Below are positions 1 to 13,100 of a stretch of DNA of 64,000 nucleotides, in pieces. This stretch comes from Mizuhopecten yessoensis (Eukaryota), in assembly GCF_002113885.1 (NCBI RefSeq), contig NW_018406762.1, positions 1,142,834-1,206,833 on the forward strand, written 5' to 3'. Position 1 is the stretch's first letter, and every line of letters starts with the position of its first letter. The notes under the pieces are model-generated. The model saw only the letters and a program-made list of their open reading frames with translations, was not told the origin of the DNA and did no database searches. A program made the position numbers and the translations under genes.

Positions 1-159
1 ATAACTTGTCTAATCCAGACCCTTTCTTATCCAGAAAACAAAAATAGGCGATCTGTTGATATTTCATTGTAAATTATTGTTAATGCATAGTGATCCCTAA
101 ACATTGAAGTTGAATATTTTCTGTTCTTACATCAGTGCTTTATTTGAAAGTATATAAAC

Positions 160-710
160 TTAGCCCAAATAAAATTAATTACTTGGTTCTCAGGCCAATT
201 TTTTCAAAAGAAATGCGGCAGTTTTTTGGGTTTTTTTCCATCATTTTACATGGCAAAAACGAGACGAGTTTTTTTTTGTTTTTTTGTGTAGTTTGTAAAA
301 CGTTCATTGTGGGCATTACCTGGTCTTTTTATAGTTGTGTAGAGACCTGTCATAGAGCAAGCCACTGAAAATCCCCCCACGATGTTCCAGAAGAGAATCA
401 CGAACCCCCCCACCCCCATTCCTTATTTGTACCGAAATTAGCGCCATTTGTACACAAGACTAATAAGTCATAATCATTTTAACGCTTGCCTGTTTATCAA
501 TCCTTATCTTTATTCAAATGTTTTCGGGACTTGGGTGACTAACGAGTAAAAACAAAATGCGGACTAATTTTCCGGATTTTTTTAAAGACGGTGGTTGGCC
601 CATTCACATATTTGTTTTTAATACTTTCACGATAAAATCGGCAATGCGGTGCCCTAAAATGAAATGCGCCCGGGCCTGACAACCAAGTAATCTTTTTTTT
701 TTTAGCCTTA
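160..710. mobile_element. Non-autonomous DNA element (MITE) with ~35-bp imperfect TIRs, Kolobok-like ends
   Basis: Left TAGCCCAAATAAAATTAATTACTTGGTTCTCAGGCC is inverted relative to right GGCCTGACAACCAAGTAATCTTTTTTTTTTAGCCTTA. Superfamily is inferred. Confidence 0.5.
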
Positions 711-1117
711 CCAGGTACATATTTACTCAAAATATTGATACCTAACATCACTAAATGTATAAACTGGAACCTGTTTAAATCATGTCTGGTTTTGACAGGT
801 GACACTGTATCATGAACACACTTGGTATGGATAATTTCATAGACTTATTTTGCTGTAAAAATAGCAAAATAAAGTACTGATTGACTAATAGTAAGTTTAC
901 CGAATGGCTGACGGTACCATTATGTGTGGATTAAGCAAGTGTAATAAAAAATGAGGAGTCAATTTTAAGAAGCAGGTATTTTGAGAATTTTTTGCCCGAG
1001 TTTATTTCAATGTTGCATGTGAGTAATGCTTGTTTTTCCACCCAGGCAGTTATCTAGTAACACTACCGGTGTTCATTTTGTTGAAAAATTTTACCTTCAT
1101 AAAATTTTGTTTCTTAG

Positions 1118-4100
1118 AAATTGGAATCAGCCATACAAAATGTTATGGACCATGCTGTTCATGCGAAGAAGTCTTTAGCTCCTGGTCTGCGATGTGTAAG
1201 TGTAAAACCACACTATGAAAACAAGCTTTATTATAAAGTATATGTCAGTTTACCCAGCATGCTCAATATATACCAGAGTTAAAAACAAATTTGAAATCTT
1301 ATTTAAAAGATGCATTGTATAACATATTTTGAGACATCACTTGGAAATAATTCTATCCAATACAAATGAAAAACGAACAATTTCAGCAATGTTTTTTTTT
1401 GCTCAGTTTTACTGTCAAATACAGGCTTTTTCCGCTAGCTTATGAGTGCCTTATTTACCCAAAATGGCCAAAAAATTAGGAATATATTCCCAAATTCAAT
1501 AGAAATATTGCTTTATTTTCCCAATTAATGAAGGAACAGGTCGTTGTAAAATTTAGGTAACAAAAACTTTGAATTTATTAACAATTATGTATGTTAGGAT
1601 GAAATGAATTTGACTGAATGTAGTCCACTGATTTAACACATGAAGACTAACGACACTGTCTGGTTTCTCAGCTCCTCGGCTACTTCCACAAGCAAAGGAA
1701 ACACAGTGGTGTGGACAGCATGTTGCTGAGGCTCTACGGTCCCCTGCTGTGGCGGTCACTCAAGGTCAGTGTCAGTGGTCAGCTACAATGATCAACCTGA
1801 CGTGTTTTAGTGTCACATAACCTTCACACGATGGACATCATTTCTTTATATATGATGGAAAATAGCGAATTCACTTTTAACGCTTGATATTTTTCAAATA
1901 GGTCAAATAAACTTCGTCTTGCAGTAAATGTTGTATGTTAAGTATTGAAGGATTGTTATACTATATACATGTCCTAGGAATAGTTGTATTGTTTCACCAT
2001 TAATAGGTGGCTAACTGTCATGTGAGGGAAAATGCAGCCATGCTTCTTCTAGACTCGTTCCCACTACAAGACCAGGAACTTTGTAACGAAGAACTTGACC
2101 AGCTCTTACAGAAACAGTTTGACATCTTCCAGGTGAGTAGAGGACTAGTTTTTACCTGTAATTATTGGGGGGGGGGGGGNNNNNNNNNNNNNNNNNNNNN
2201 NNNNNNNNNNNNNNNNNNNNNNNNNNNNNNNNNNNNNNNNNNNNNNNNNNNNNNNNNNNNNNNNNNNNNNNGTGGGGGGGGGGGGGGTCCACTTCCAGGT
2301 GAGAAATTGTAATTACTGTCAATAAGTTTAATCAGTTTTGGGGGAGTGACATCAAGCTGGGTACTGATAATGAGCAATTACCTATGATAATCATTTTGAT
2401 GGTGATGGAGATGGGGAGGGGCACATCTTCAAGGTGAGTACAGATACTTTGAAATACTTACCTTACCTGGAAAACCTGTTAATCAGGATAATGAATAACA
2501 TAAAATCCGAAATGTTGACACATTCACTACCTGTGACATAGCATGCCTGAAAGATCATGGCAAGGTCAGCACACAGAATTTGACCATTAATTTAACAAAT
2601 CTGGTCATTTTGGAGGTATTTTAATCCTTTCAGAATTTACTGGAGGATACCTACCCCAGTATTCGCTCGGTCACTGTCCGCAAGCTGTGTAAGATCCTGA
2701 GTACCTTCTGCGAGTTTATCCCGGCGGAAACCATCAAAAATCTCGTCACCAAGATGATGCAGGATCTTGTGTGGGATGCGTCGTCTGCTGACGTCAGAGC
2801 TAGTGTTATATTGGTACGTAAAGACATGTGTGAAGGCCATCTCTCTTCTACATCAAACTCACTTCAAGTAAAGATATACCAAAACAGTTCCTAAAGACAC
2901 TTTAGGCAACTCTTTATATATCCGGTAAACCATTATTATTTACTACATAACAGGAAATGTTCACTCAGTCAAATTTTTCGCCCTTCAACAGTAAAATCCA
3001 TTTTCGCAAAATGTTCAATTTGTCCTCCACATTTAATTTTGATGTGTATTATGTTGTTTAAAAATATTCACTGTAATTATAAATTTGCTCTCATAACAGA
3101 GGGCAAAAAATGACCAAAATTCAACTTCATCAAACATTTCCAGTAAACAGTAGTTTATCTGGGTTTTTTTTTATCCCATCCTTTTGCCTTTCAAATTCTA
3201 TATTGAGTGAGTCTAAGTTAAATATAATCTGTTTTGAAAAGAGGGAAAAGCCATGATAAAATAACTGGAGGCATAATATAAAACAAGTGAAAATTTGCTG
3301 TTCCGAAACGTTGTGGTCAAGACAACTGTGCAAAGATTTGGGCTTACAAACTTAACACATGTACATGTATTATACACTCTGACAATAGAGCGAAAGATTT
3401 TAGTTATCTTTCATGTATCGACCAGTGATGTTATTTCTTTGTACAAAAGTGTATTAATCCTTTCACCACTGTAGACCATAATGGACTTCTCCAGATCAAT
3501 GCATGGTAGGGTTAACTTAAGTTACATAGGGGTGAAAGGGATAATGAGAAATGTTTTGTCACTGAGGCTGGCTGACTGAGGATTATCACTGTTGTAGAGT
3601 ATGATGACACTACTGGACAACCAGATGTTTATTCCCATGCTGAAACCGATCCTGCCCCAGCTTTGTAACCACATACATGACGTGTCGGAGAAGGTCCGGG
3701 TCGCCATGATAGAACTCCTCCTCAAGGTCAAGGGCATCAGAGCCATCAAGGTCAGTCAGCTGTGTAATCTAAGGTCAAGGTCATGTATGTATGGTTAAGT
3801 CTTACTAAACGATACTTCCTAATTGCGATGGCCAGAGGACCAGATTATTCCACCATTGAATAAACCATGGCGTTGGCTCTACCCTAAATAAAAAAAAATC
3901 AATTTTAATTCAGTAATCAAGCAAACACTGGATCAGGATATGTAAGCTTTGCTTCAATCTCTGATGGCTCATTAAGAATTGATAAACGAAACATGCAAGT
4001 CAATCCGCCCGTCTGCTGTGGGACACTCCAGCAACCAGGCTCTTCTTTCTTTCCCCCCAAAATGCTCAACTTGCCATGGGACAGTAATTTCTCTGGCAAA

Positions 4101-7100
4101 GAACTCGGTCATAACCAATTTTTATGCCAGGTGGCACTCGTATCCTTTTAATGCTGACCCACTTTAAAATAAAAGTGTAAATACTTATCGTTAATGGGCA
4201 GGCCTATCACTTACATCTGTGGTTTGTAACAGTGCATGGACATATAACAATGTCTTAATATAAAGATAAATCAGTATTATAAAGTTCAGATTATGTATCA
4301 AATGAAAGATTTTTATCAAATAATGTCCCAATTAACATGTTACAGAAAGAGCTGATAACATTTCGCATCATTTTATCACCAATACTAATTCCTGATGGTG
4401 AAATTTCCAGGCAGTTGTAGCAGAACAAAAAGTATAAAGATGAACTTGCAATAAGTCTTCGGCTGGAGAATGAGAGTATAGTTATGTAAATGTAAACAAA
4501 CATTTTTCCGTACTCTATGATGAAAGCAATTAAATGATTGTGGGTCTGAATCCTTGTTGCGAAAATTGTTCTGTGTATGATCCCTCAAGGTGTAAAAAGA
4601 GATCTCCACTGTAGACCCATTCGATGGTTTGCAAGCCTGAAAATGTCTCTTAAAATTATGTACTTTTGTAGTACTGGGATATTGTCCCAATGGAGCACAT
4701 ACTGGCCCGTCTGGAGATCGACTCTCATCCGGTCGCCCGCCGCATCATGAAGCTGCTACAGAGCACATTCATGCCCCTGGACAAACCTAAGAGTGTCCAG
4801 CTTGACCGCTGTGTTGCCCTGATAGAGTCCAGCCGAGGAGCGGCCAGACAGTACTTCCACTACGCTCCAGCCAACCTGTCAGTGCAGGACACAGGTAAAG
4901 CCAATAACACAGATCTCTTTAAATTAAATTAACACAGATTGTAATTTCACGAATTTTACATGTGAAGGAACATTTTTGTGGTGTCCTAATATATTAATCG
5001 TGGCTCATTTTTACGCTTGTGATATTAGTTGTGGATCTTATTCTTTGTGCTTTCATTATTGACTACAATCGCAAAAAATATTATCCCCGTGGAAATATCC
5101 TGCTATATTGTATGTGGTAACGCCTGTGTAACTTGTGACTAATATCCTGTGGTCTGTCACAGCCACGTTTATGATATATAAACATATACTTACAGCCACG
5201 TTTATGATATATAAACATATATTTACAGCCATGTATATGATATATATACATATATTTACAGCCACGTATATGATATATAAACATATATTTACAGCCACGT
5301 TTATGATATATAAACATATTTACAGCCACGTACATGATATATAAACATATATTTACAGCCACATATATGTTATAAAAACATTTACAGCCACGTATATGAT
5401 ATATATACATATATTTACAGCCACAAATATGATATATCAACATATATTTACAGCCACGTATATTATATATATATATATATATTTACAGCCACGTATATGA
5501 TATATAAACATATATTTACAGCCACGTATATGATATATAAACATATTTACAGCCACATATATGATATATAAACATATTTACAGCCACGTATATGATATAA
5601 ACATATATTTACAGCCACGTATATGATATAAAAACATATATTTACAGCCACGTATATGATATCCATCGTCGCCTGTATCCTGAGATGTATAAAAGCAGAG
5701 AAATCAAAGCAGGATGGAGTTGATACTTCACAACAGGAAGGGGGAGATAACTCCAAGAGCCAGGATGCAGCAGCGGAAGAGGTATGAAATCAAACTGCCA
5801 AAATTCATCATTAAAAAGGAATTAATTTTGAATATCTGTTTTTTTTTATTGTTTTGGTCATAAAGCAGAATGATTTGTGAATTTCAAGGACCCTGTAAAG
5901 GGTCTTGTTCTTATGTATGAAATGGATATTTCATGCTCAGGAAAAGTGAAATATTTAATGATTAAAAAAAAAAGATACATGACATTATGGGCCTGCCCCC
6001 AGAGGAGCTACTGTTTCCATTTATGCAGCATTCAGTTCTCACATCAAAGGGTCCTCCAGGGTCGAAATTTGGATAAAAGCCCTTTACAAATACTGAAGAA
6101 GTAAGATCAAAATTTGCTTTTATTTTCCCATTGGGCCCTGCCTCTCTTCCTCTATGGGTCGACACCTTCCATTTATAATATATTGAGTCTTCTTGGGCTA
6201 AGGATTGTCATGACTAAATGCAGTCAAAATCTGCTCAGCTTTTCTTGTCAAGTAGTATTTTAATGAAAAATTGATGAGTATGCAACACCATGCATAAACT
6301 CACTTGCCTTCAGGCAGAGGAACAGATTGTCCAGAAGATTTTGTTTTTAGTTCATTCACTCTATCAATTTTCTTGTATAATTTAATGATTTGTGTAGAGA
6401 AACTTAATTGTTTGTAATGCGGTGATGTCGTTTAGCTTTTGTGTCTGGATCGTTCAATTTATTTAAACAAAAAATGAATATCAGAATTCTTAGGTTTTTA
6501 GTATATGAGAATGCGGACTGTAACTAGTGATATGACCACAATAAATACAAAAATATGGGATGTGATTAACAAAAAAACGAAACATAAACACCAGTGTTTC
6601 TGTAATATTTCTGAATTCAGCTTGACGAAGAGGAGGAGGAGGAGGAGGAGGAAGATGGCACCCTGACAATACATAATACAGAGGTGATGGCCGGACTGGT
6701 GGAGGCAGTGGTCATACTCTGGTCCGTCACCAATAACGAATTCAAAAAGGTAACTTCTACTTAAAAATTGCAATACTGTATACAGGGAATTGTCGCCCTT
6801 AGATAGTAAAATCCATTTTCCCCCAATATTAAATTTGCCCTTCACATTTAGTACTATGTTTATAATAGTGGTTACAGATGTCCACTGTAATGATAAATTT
6901 TTCTCCCACCCTTCACAGGTGTGTCTCCCATGCTAGCCGGGAAAGATCAGCTTGTCACCCCCTAGGGGGAAATAGCCTCGTGCCGATTAGCAAGCGTTCG
7001 ATTGTGACGTCATTAAAATGTGTCACCGGTAATTGTGACGTCATCGAACGTGAATGACGAAATTCATACAACAAATGTGTTTTTGTTTACACTACTTAGT

Positions 7101-10100
7101 GTCGGTGGAGTTGTGACTGAAATAATATGATGGGAGAAAAACAATTCTCCCCTACCTTGAGGGTGTGATAGAGAAATCTCCAGGGGAGGATTCTATTAGT
7201 CATCATTACGAAGGGCAAAAAAGGCGAAAAATTAAACTGCAGAGAAAATTTCCAAGTATACAGTATGTACATGTGGTAAAGAAAATTTTGTATCCCCTGC
7301 CTATTTGTATTACAATATTACATCTTATTTATGTCCTTAAAGTCTGGGATATCAATGATACTTTACATGTTGTTTTCTTACTAGGGGTTTCCTTAAGGAG
7401 GTGTCACTGAGTTTTTTTTAAAATTGGAGTGTAACCTTACTGGCTTGCTTTGGGTTATACATGTGTACATGATAACATCCACAGAACTTGTAAAATAAAC
7501 ACCGATAAGATTTACATCAGTCTTTAGTAGAGAGGTTTGGTGTAGTTATAACGTTAACATGTATGTCTGTTCCTTCGGCTATCTTTGTATCAGTGGTATC
7601 AAGGGGATAATGAGATTAAATCAGAAATGTTTGTTTATTCCAGCGACAGAACCATGGGATTGAGAAGAACCTACAAACCAAGATCAGCATTGCTGTTACA
7701 GAAATGATGAAGTTCTTTGACGTGAGTATGATAAAGTATCCTAGTCATGTAACTTCTGTGTTTCCCTGAAGGATTGATTTAATTACAGCCATTTCTTGTG
7801 TATTGCCTGCGGGCTTTACTGTTTTTGGCTTGGAAAAATACCGACGACTGGGGGCTATCTGATGAAGCGGGCAAAGTGACCAAACGTTTCCAAGAAACCC
7901 ATAAAAAGTGCAAGCTATGTGATACCTTACAAATGCTAAACCATAAACATCTTGATTATAAACAATAACATTACATAATTATAGAAATTCTCAAGTTTTA
8001 TCATTGAACGTATGCGTGAAAAGTTGGTTCATATTACGGGTACTGTGTTATACCGTCTATGTGGAGTAGTAGGAGTCGCCATGCCTGTTTACATCAGGAT
8101 AGTGAATGGCTCTATTAGTATATCAAGGATTAGAAGTTAAAAAACAGAAAACCCAAGTTAAATGTGTATCTCATTCCTAAGCATCTGGTATTCGTTCTGT
8201 ATATTGGTTTTTATGTAGCAGAATTTATTTCAAAACTTGATATTTTGAGGGGTGCAGGCAACATAAAGGAGTTGGCAATATGTGAGAAATTACAATAAGG
8301 ATTGATACAAACTACTGATATGGAAATCCGTTGCAACAACACAAACTGAAATATGTTGAGTTGTTGATTTGAGACTATTTGTTTTGTAGGACCCTCAAGT
8401 GTGTGCTGCTCTGATAAACCTGGCCGGCTTCGTTCCTTACAACTCTGTTCCCACCATCAGGTATCACTACTACAGATATCTAGTTGTACAATAAGCTTTA
8501 AGACACAGAATAACCCCTTTTCTCTATGACCAGTCATCATGTCCTCTCATATTCTAGCCATTTTCACTTGCAAGGGATGTGGCTTGATAGTAAAAGGTAT
8601 TACTATATTCTGTTACAGATCTTCATGTCTGTATATCTGTTAGAGGCTTACATTATGTGTGTGTCCATTGTCTGTTACAGCCGTATATGTCTGTCCATCA
8701 TCTGTTACAGCTGTACATGTCTGTCCATCATCTGTTACAGTGTAAATATCTGTGTGATATTCGTTACAGCCAAACTTGTCTGTCTATCATCTGTTACTAA
8801 TGTTTGTGTCAGTCCAACAGCTGTCCATGTCTGTCCGGCATCGATAACAGTGTATATGCCTGTGTTTTGTTACAGCCGTATGTGTCTATCCAAACTGAAG
8901 AAGATGCCGGTGGACAGTGTGGCGGAGGATTACAACTGTTACCTGGATGCCCTGTGTAAGTGGGACAAGGTGGTGGATATTCTGGACCTAGTGGACGAGT
9001 GGCTGACCGAGGGTCTACAACAGGGTCACTCACAGACACCTACTGTCAAGGTTTGTTGGGAGGATTTTATAGCTGAGTGAGGCTCCCTCACTGACACTGT
9101 AGGCATGTGTTTGTGAAACAACGTAAAGATACGTCATCATGACAAGTGTCAGAAGGACTATATGTAAAGATACGTCATCATGACAAGTGTCAGAAGGACT
9201 ATATGTAAAGATAAGTCATCATGACAAGTGTCAGAGGGACTTCATGTAAAGATACGTCATCATGACAAGTGTCAGAGGGACTATATGTAAAGATACGTCA
9301 TCATGACAAGTGTCAGAGGGACTTCATGTAAAGATACGTCATCATGACAAGTGTCAGAGGGACTATATGTAAAGATACGTCATCATGACAAGTGTCAGAG
9401 GGACTATATGTAAAGATACGTCATCATGACAAGTGTCAGAGGGACTTCATGTAAAGATACGTCATCATGACAAGTGTCAGAGGGACTATATGTAAAGATA
9501 CGTCATCATGACAAGTGTCAGAGGGACTATATGTAAAGATACGTCATCATGACAAGTGTCAGAGGGACTATATGTAAAGATACGTCATCATGACAAGTGT
9601 CAGAGGGACTATATGTAAAGATACGTCATCATGACAAGTGTCAGAGGGACTATATGTAAAGATACGTCATCATGACAAGTGTCAGAGGGACTATATGTAA
9701 AGATACGTCATCATGACAAGTGTCAGAGGGACTATATGTAAAGATACGTCATCATGACAAGTGTCAGAGGGACTATATGTAAGAAACATCATCATGACAA
9801 GTGTCAGAGGGACTATATGCAAAGATACGTCATCATGACAAGTGTCAGAGGGACTATATGTAAAGATCCGTCATCATGACAAGTGTCAGAGGGACTATAT
9901 GTAAGAAACACCATCATGACAAGTGTCAGAGGGACTATATGCAATGATACGTCATCATGACAAGTGTCAGAGGGACTTCATGTAAAGATACGTCATCATG
10001 ACAAGTGTCAGAGGGACTATATGTAAGAAACACCATCATGACAAGTGTCAGAGGGACTATATGCAAAGATACGTCTTCATGACAAGTGTCAGAGGGACTA

Positions 10101-13100
10101 TATGTAAGAAACACCATCATGACAAGTGTCAGAGGGACTATATGCAAAGATACGTCTTCATGACAAGTGTCAGAGGGACTATATGTAAAGATCCGTCATC
10201 ATGACAAGTGTCAGAGGGACTATATGCAATGATACGTCATCATGACAAGTGTCAGAGGGACTTTATGTAAAGATACGTCATCATGACAAGTGTCAGAGGG
10301 ACTATATGTCAAGATACGTCATCATGACAAGTGTCGGATGGACTATATGTAAAGATACGTCATCATGACATGTGTCAGAGGGACTATATGTAAAGAAGAG
10401 AAATAAGATTCTGATCTATTCAAATAACAGGGCATAGGGAGGCACTCATTACCTAGACCCTAAAATTTTCAAGTAGTTTACAATAGTCTCCTCTTATATT
10501 CATGACTGTGATAGGCAATGTTGTCATCCCTTGTGACCATTGGCAGAGGATATATAAAAAGAATGGATCTGTCTGTCTGTGCAGATGGTATTAAGGCAGA
10601 TTTTTTTGTCCGTATCTGGGTATATGTTAAATATCAATTTACCTTACATATATACAATGCTCAATAAAAGCATGTCGCTGATACAGAAGTGTCAAACTGA
10701 CTCGGATCCAATTGCATTCACAGCCCTATGAATGCAATTCTTCTTGCAGTGTTCAAATAGGGACTTGAAGTTGAAATGTAAATATAGCATCATTAAATTG
10801 TAAATGCTGTTATGTAACTTTCAGAGTTGTATACTATGCTATATTGTAACTTGGGCATCTGGGCATCTTATCCTAACTTTTCCGCTTAGCAGGGGATATC
10901 AATATTGCGCCATCTTCATTTTCACCTCTTCAGAAGTACACTGAGGAGGCATCGATAAAGAAAGCTTATTTAATTTTTAGTACAGATACAACCGTTATAT
11001 GTGAATTACTGAGAACAGTAATAAAACACAAATACAGACCTCTGTATAGAATTAATGTTTCTTCTTTAGGTTGGTAAGACGAATCGGAAGAGTGTTGGGT
11101 TTGTGGTACCACACGAGCCAGCGCCCATACTCGGGATAGACTACCTGACCTACATGTTACGTCACCCGATATGTCGACCCATCCTCACGAGTCACGAAAA
11201 CGAACTCACGCAGCTCCAAACTAAACTCAAGACTGTCATGGTACGTATAATAAAGTATACTGTTTTACTACGAAATGAAAGTCTGGATATACCCAGAAAA
11301 TGATCAATATAAACCTCCCAAGTAATGTACCAAAACAAAAATTGCCAAAATGAGTTATTCGTGAAAGCATGCAAAATTATATGGATGGTTTTATCATGAA
11401 ATGCTTTTATTGCTATGGAAGCGACTTGTGAACAAATTTTGAGTGGTCATATTGAACTAGTGTCTTCGATACACAGTGTATATATGTTCATTGTATCTAT
11501 ACTCATTTGACCAGAGTCACTGAGGGAGGTAAGTGTTATAAACCGTCATCGCTAAGGGAGGTAATTGTTATATACTGTCGTCACTAAGGGAGGTAATTAT
11601 TGTAAACCATTGTCGCTAAGGGAGGTAATTGTTATAAACTGTCGTAACTTAGGGAGGTAAAATGTTATAAATGAGTCGTCGCTAAGGGAGGTAAAATGTT
11701 ATAAAAGAGTTGTCATCAAGGGAGGTAATTGTTGTAAACCGTCATCGTTAAGGGAGGTAAAATGTAATAAATGAGTTGTCGCTAAGGGAGATTAAACATT
11801 ATAAACTGTACACAATCATTGCTAAAGAATGTTTTACTTTGTCAACAGAAGTGTGTTGAGAAGAACCTGAGATCCGACACCGAACCCGTAAATGACGACC
11901 TGTTAACTGCCAGCTTTGGTCTCTACTGTAAACTCGCGGGCATTCTCCATCAGTCAGTAAGTCTGTACTCCACACACTACCAGCTTTAGTCTCTACTGTA
12001 AACTCGCGGGTATTCTCCATCAGTCAGTAAGTCAGTACTGTACACACTGCCAGCTTTGGTCTCTACTGTAAACTCGCGGGCATTCTCCATCAGTCATTAA
12101 GTCTGTACTCTACACACTACCAGCTTTGGTCTCTACTGTAAACTCGCGGGCATTCTCCATCAGTCAGTAAGTCTGTACTCTACACACTACCAGCTTTAGT
12201 CTCTACTGTTAACTTGCGGGCATTCTCCAATAGTCAGTAAGCCTGTATTCTACATACAGGCTACTGACCTTAACTTTTTATTCTAAAATATAGGCATTGG
12301 TATGTTTACATCAGACTAGACCAACAGGAACAGATCTTAATGTTAGGATGGATGGTTTTAATCGAAATACATTGTCAGAGAGGATTTGAAGTGCTTAACA
12401 ATGCTGATCAGTGTCTTTGTCTGAGAGGATTTGACTTAACAATGCTGATCAGTGTCTTTGTCTGAGAGGATTTGACTTAACAATGCTGATCAGTGTCTTT
12501 GAAAGTTTGATTTGTTCTTGGAACACAAATGCTTTATTGAGAATGAATGCAGGTCATAAAAAGTTGGAAGTTCTAAGTTTGATTAAGGTTTGAAGAACAA
12601 ATGTTACGGTCACATGTACGGGATCAAATAAAGTGTCTTCATTAAAATGTCAGTGTTTAGGATTTTACAAGGCTACTTGAGTAAATAAGCGGTCTTCTCT
12701 GTGTAAATAAAACAAAACAGTTATATCTTAACTTCCCAGTTAACATGTGCATTTAGACACTGAGAGGGTCATGACAGTAGAATCTGTTGAGCATTTAGGC
12801 ACTGAGAGGGTCATGACAGTAGAATCTGTTGAGCATTTAGGCACTGAGAGGGTCATGACAGTAGAATCTGTTGAGCATTTAGGCACTGAGAGGGTCATGA
12901 CAGTAGAATCTGTTGAGCATTTAGGCACTGAGAGGGTCATGACAGTAGAATCTGTTGAGCATTTAGGCACTGAGAGGGTCATGACAGTAGAATCTGTTGA
13001 GCATTTAGGCACTGAGAGGGTCATGACAGTAGAATCTGTTGAGCATTTAGGCACTGAGAGGGTCATGACAGTAGAATCTGTTGAGCATTTAGGCACTGAG

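Noticed and set aside
799-824. Micro-exon candidate (TTTTGACAG...TTG|GTATGG) upstream of exon 1118
   Set aside because: Translation does not resemble the CAP-G2 segment expected before KLESAIQ. The upstream exon is probably outside the window.
9122-10397. 41-bp array as a CRISPR array
   Set aside because: Head-to-tail units with no unique spacers, in an intron of a eukaryotic gene, and no cas genes.
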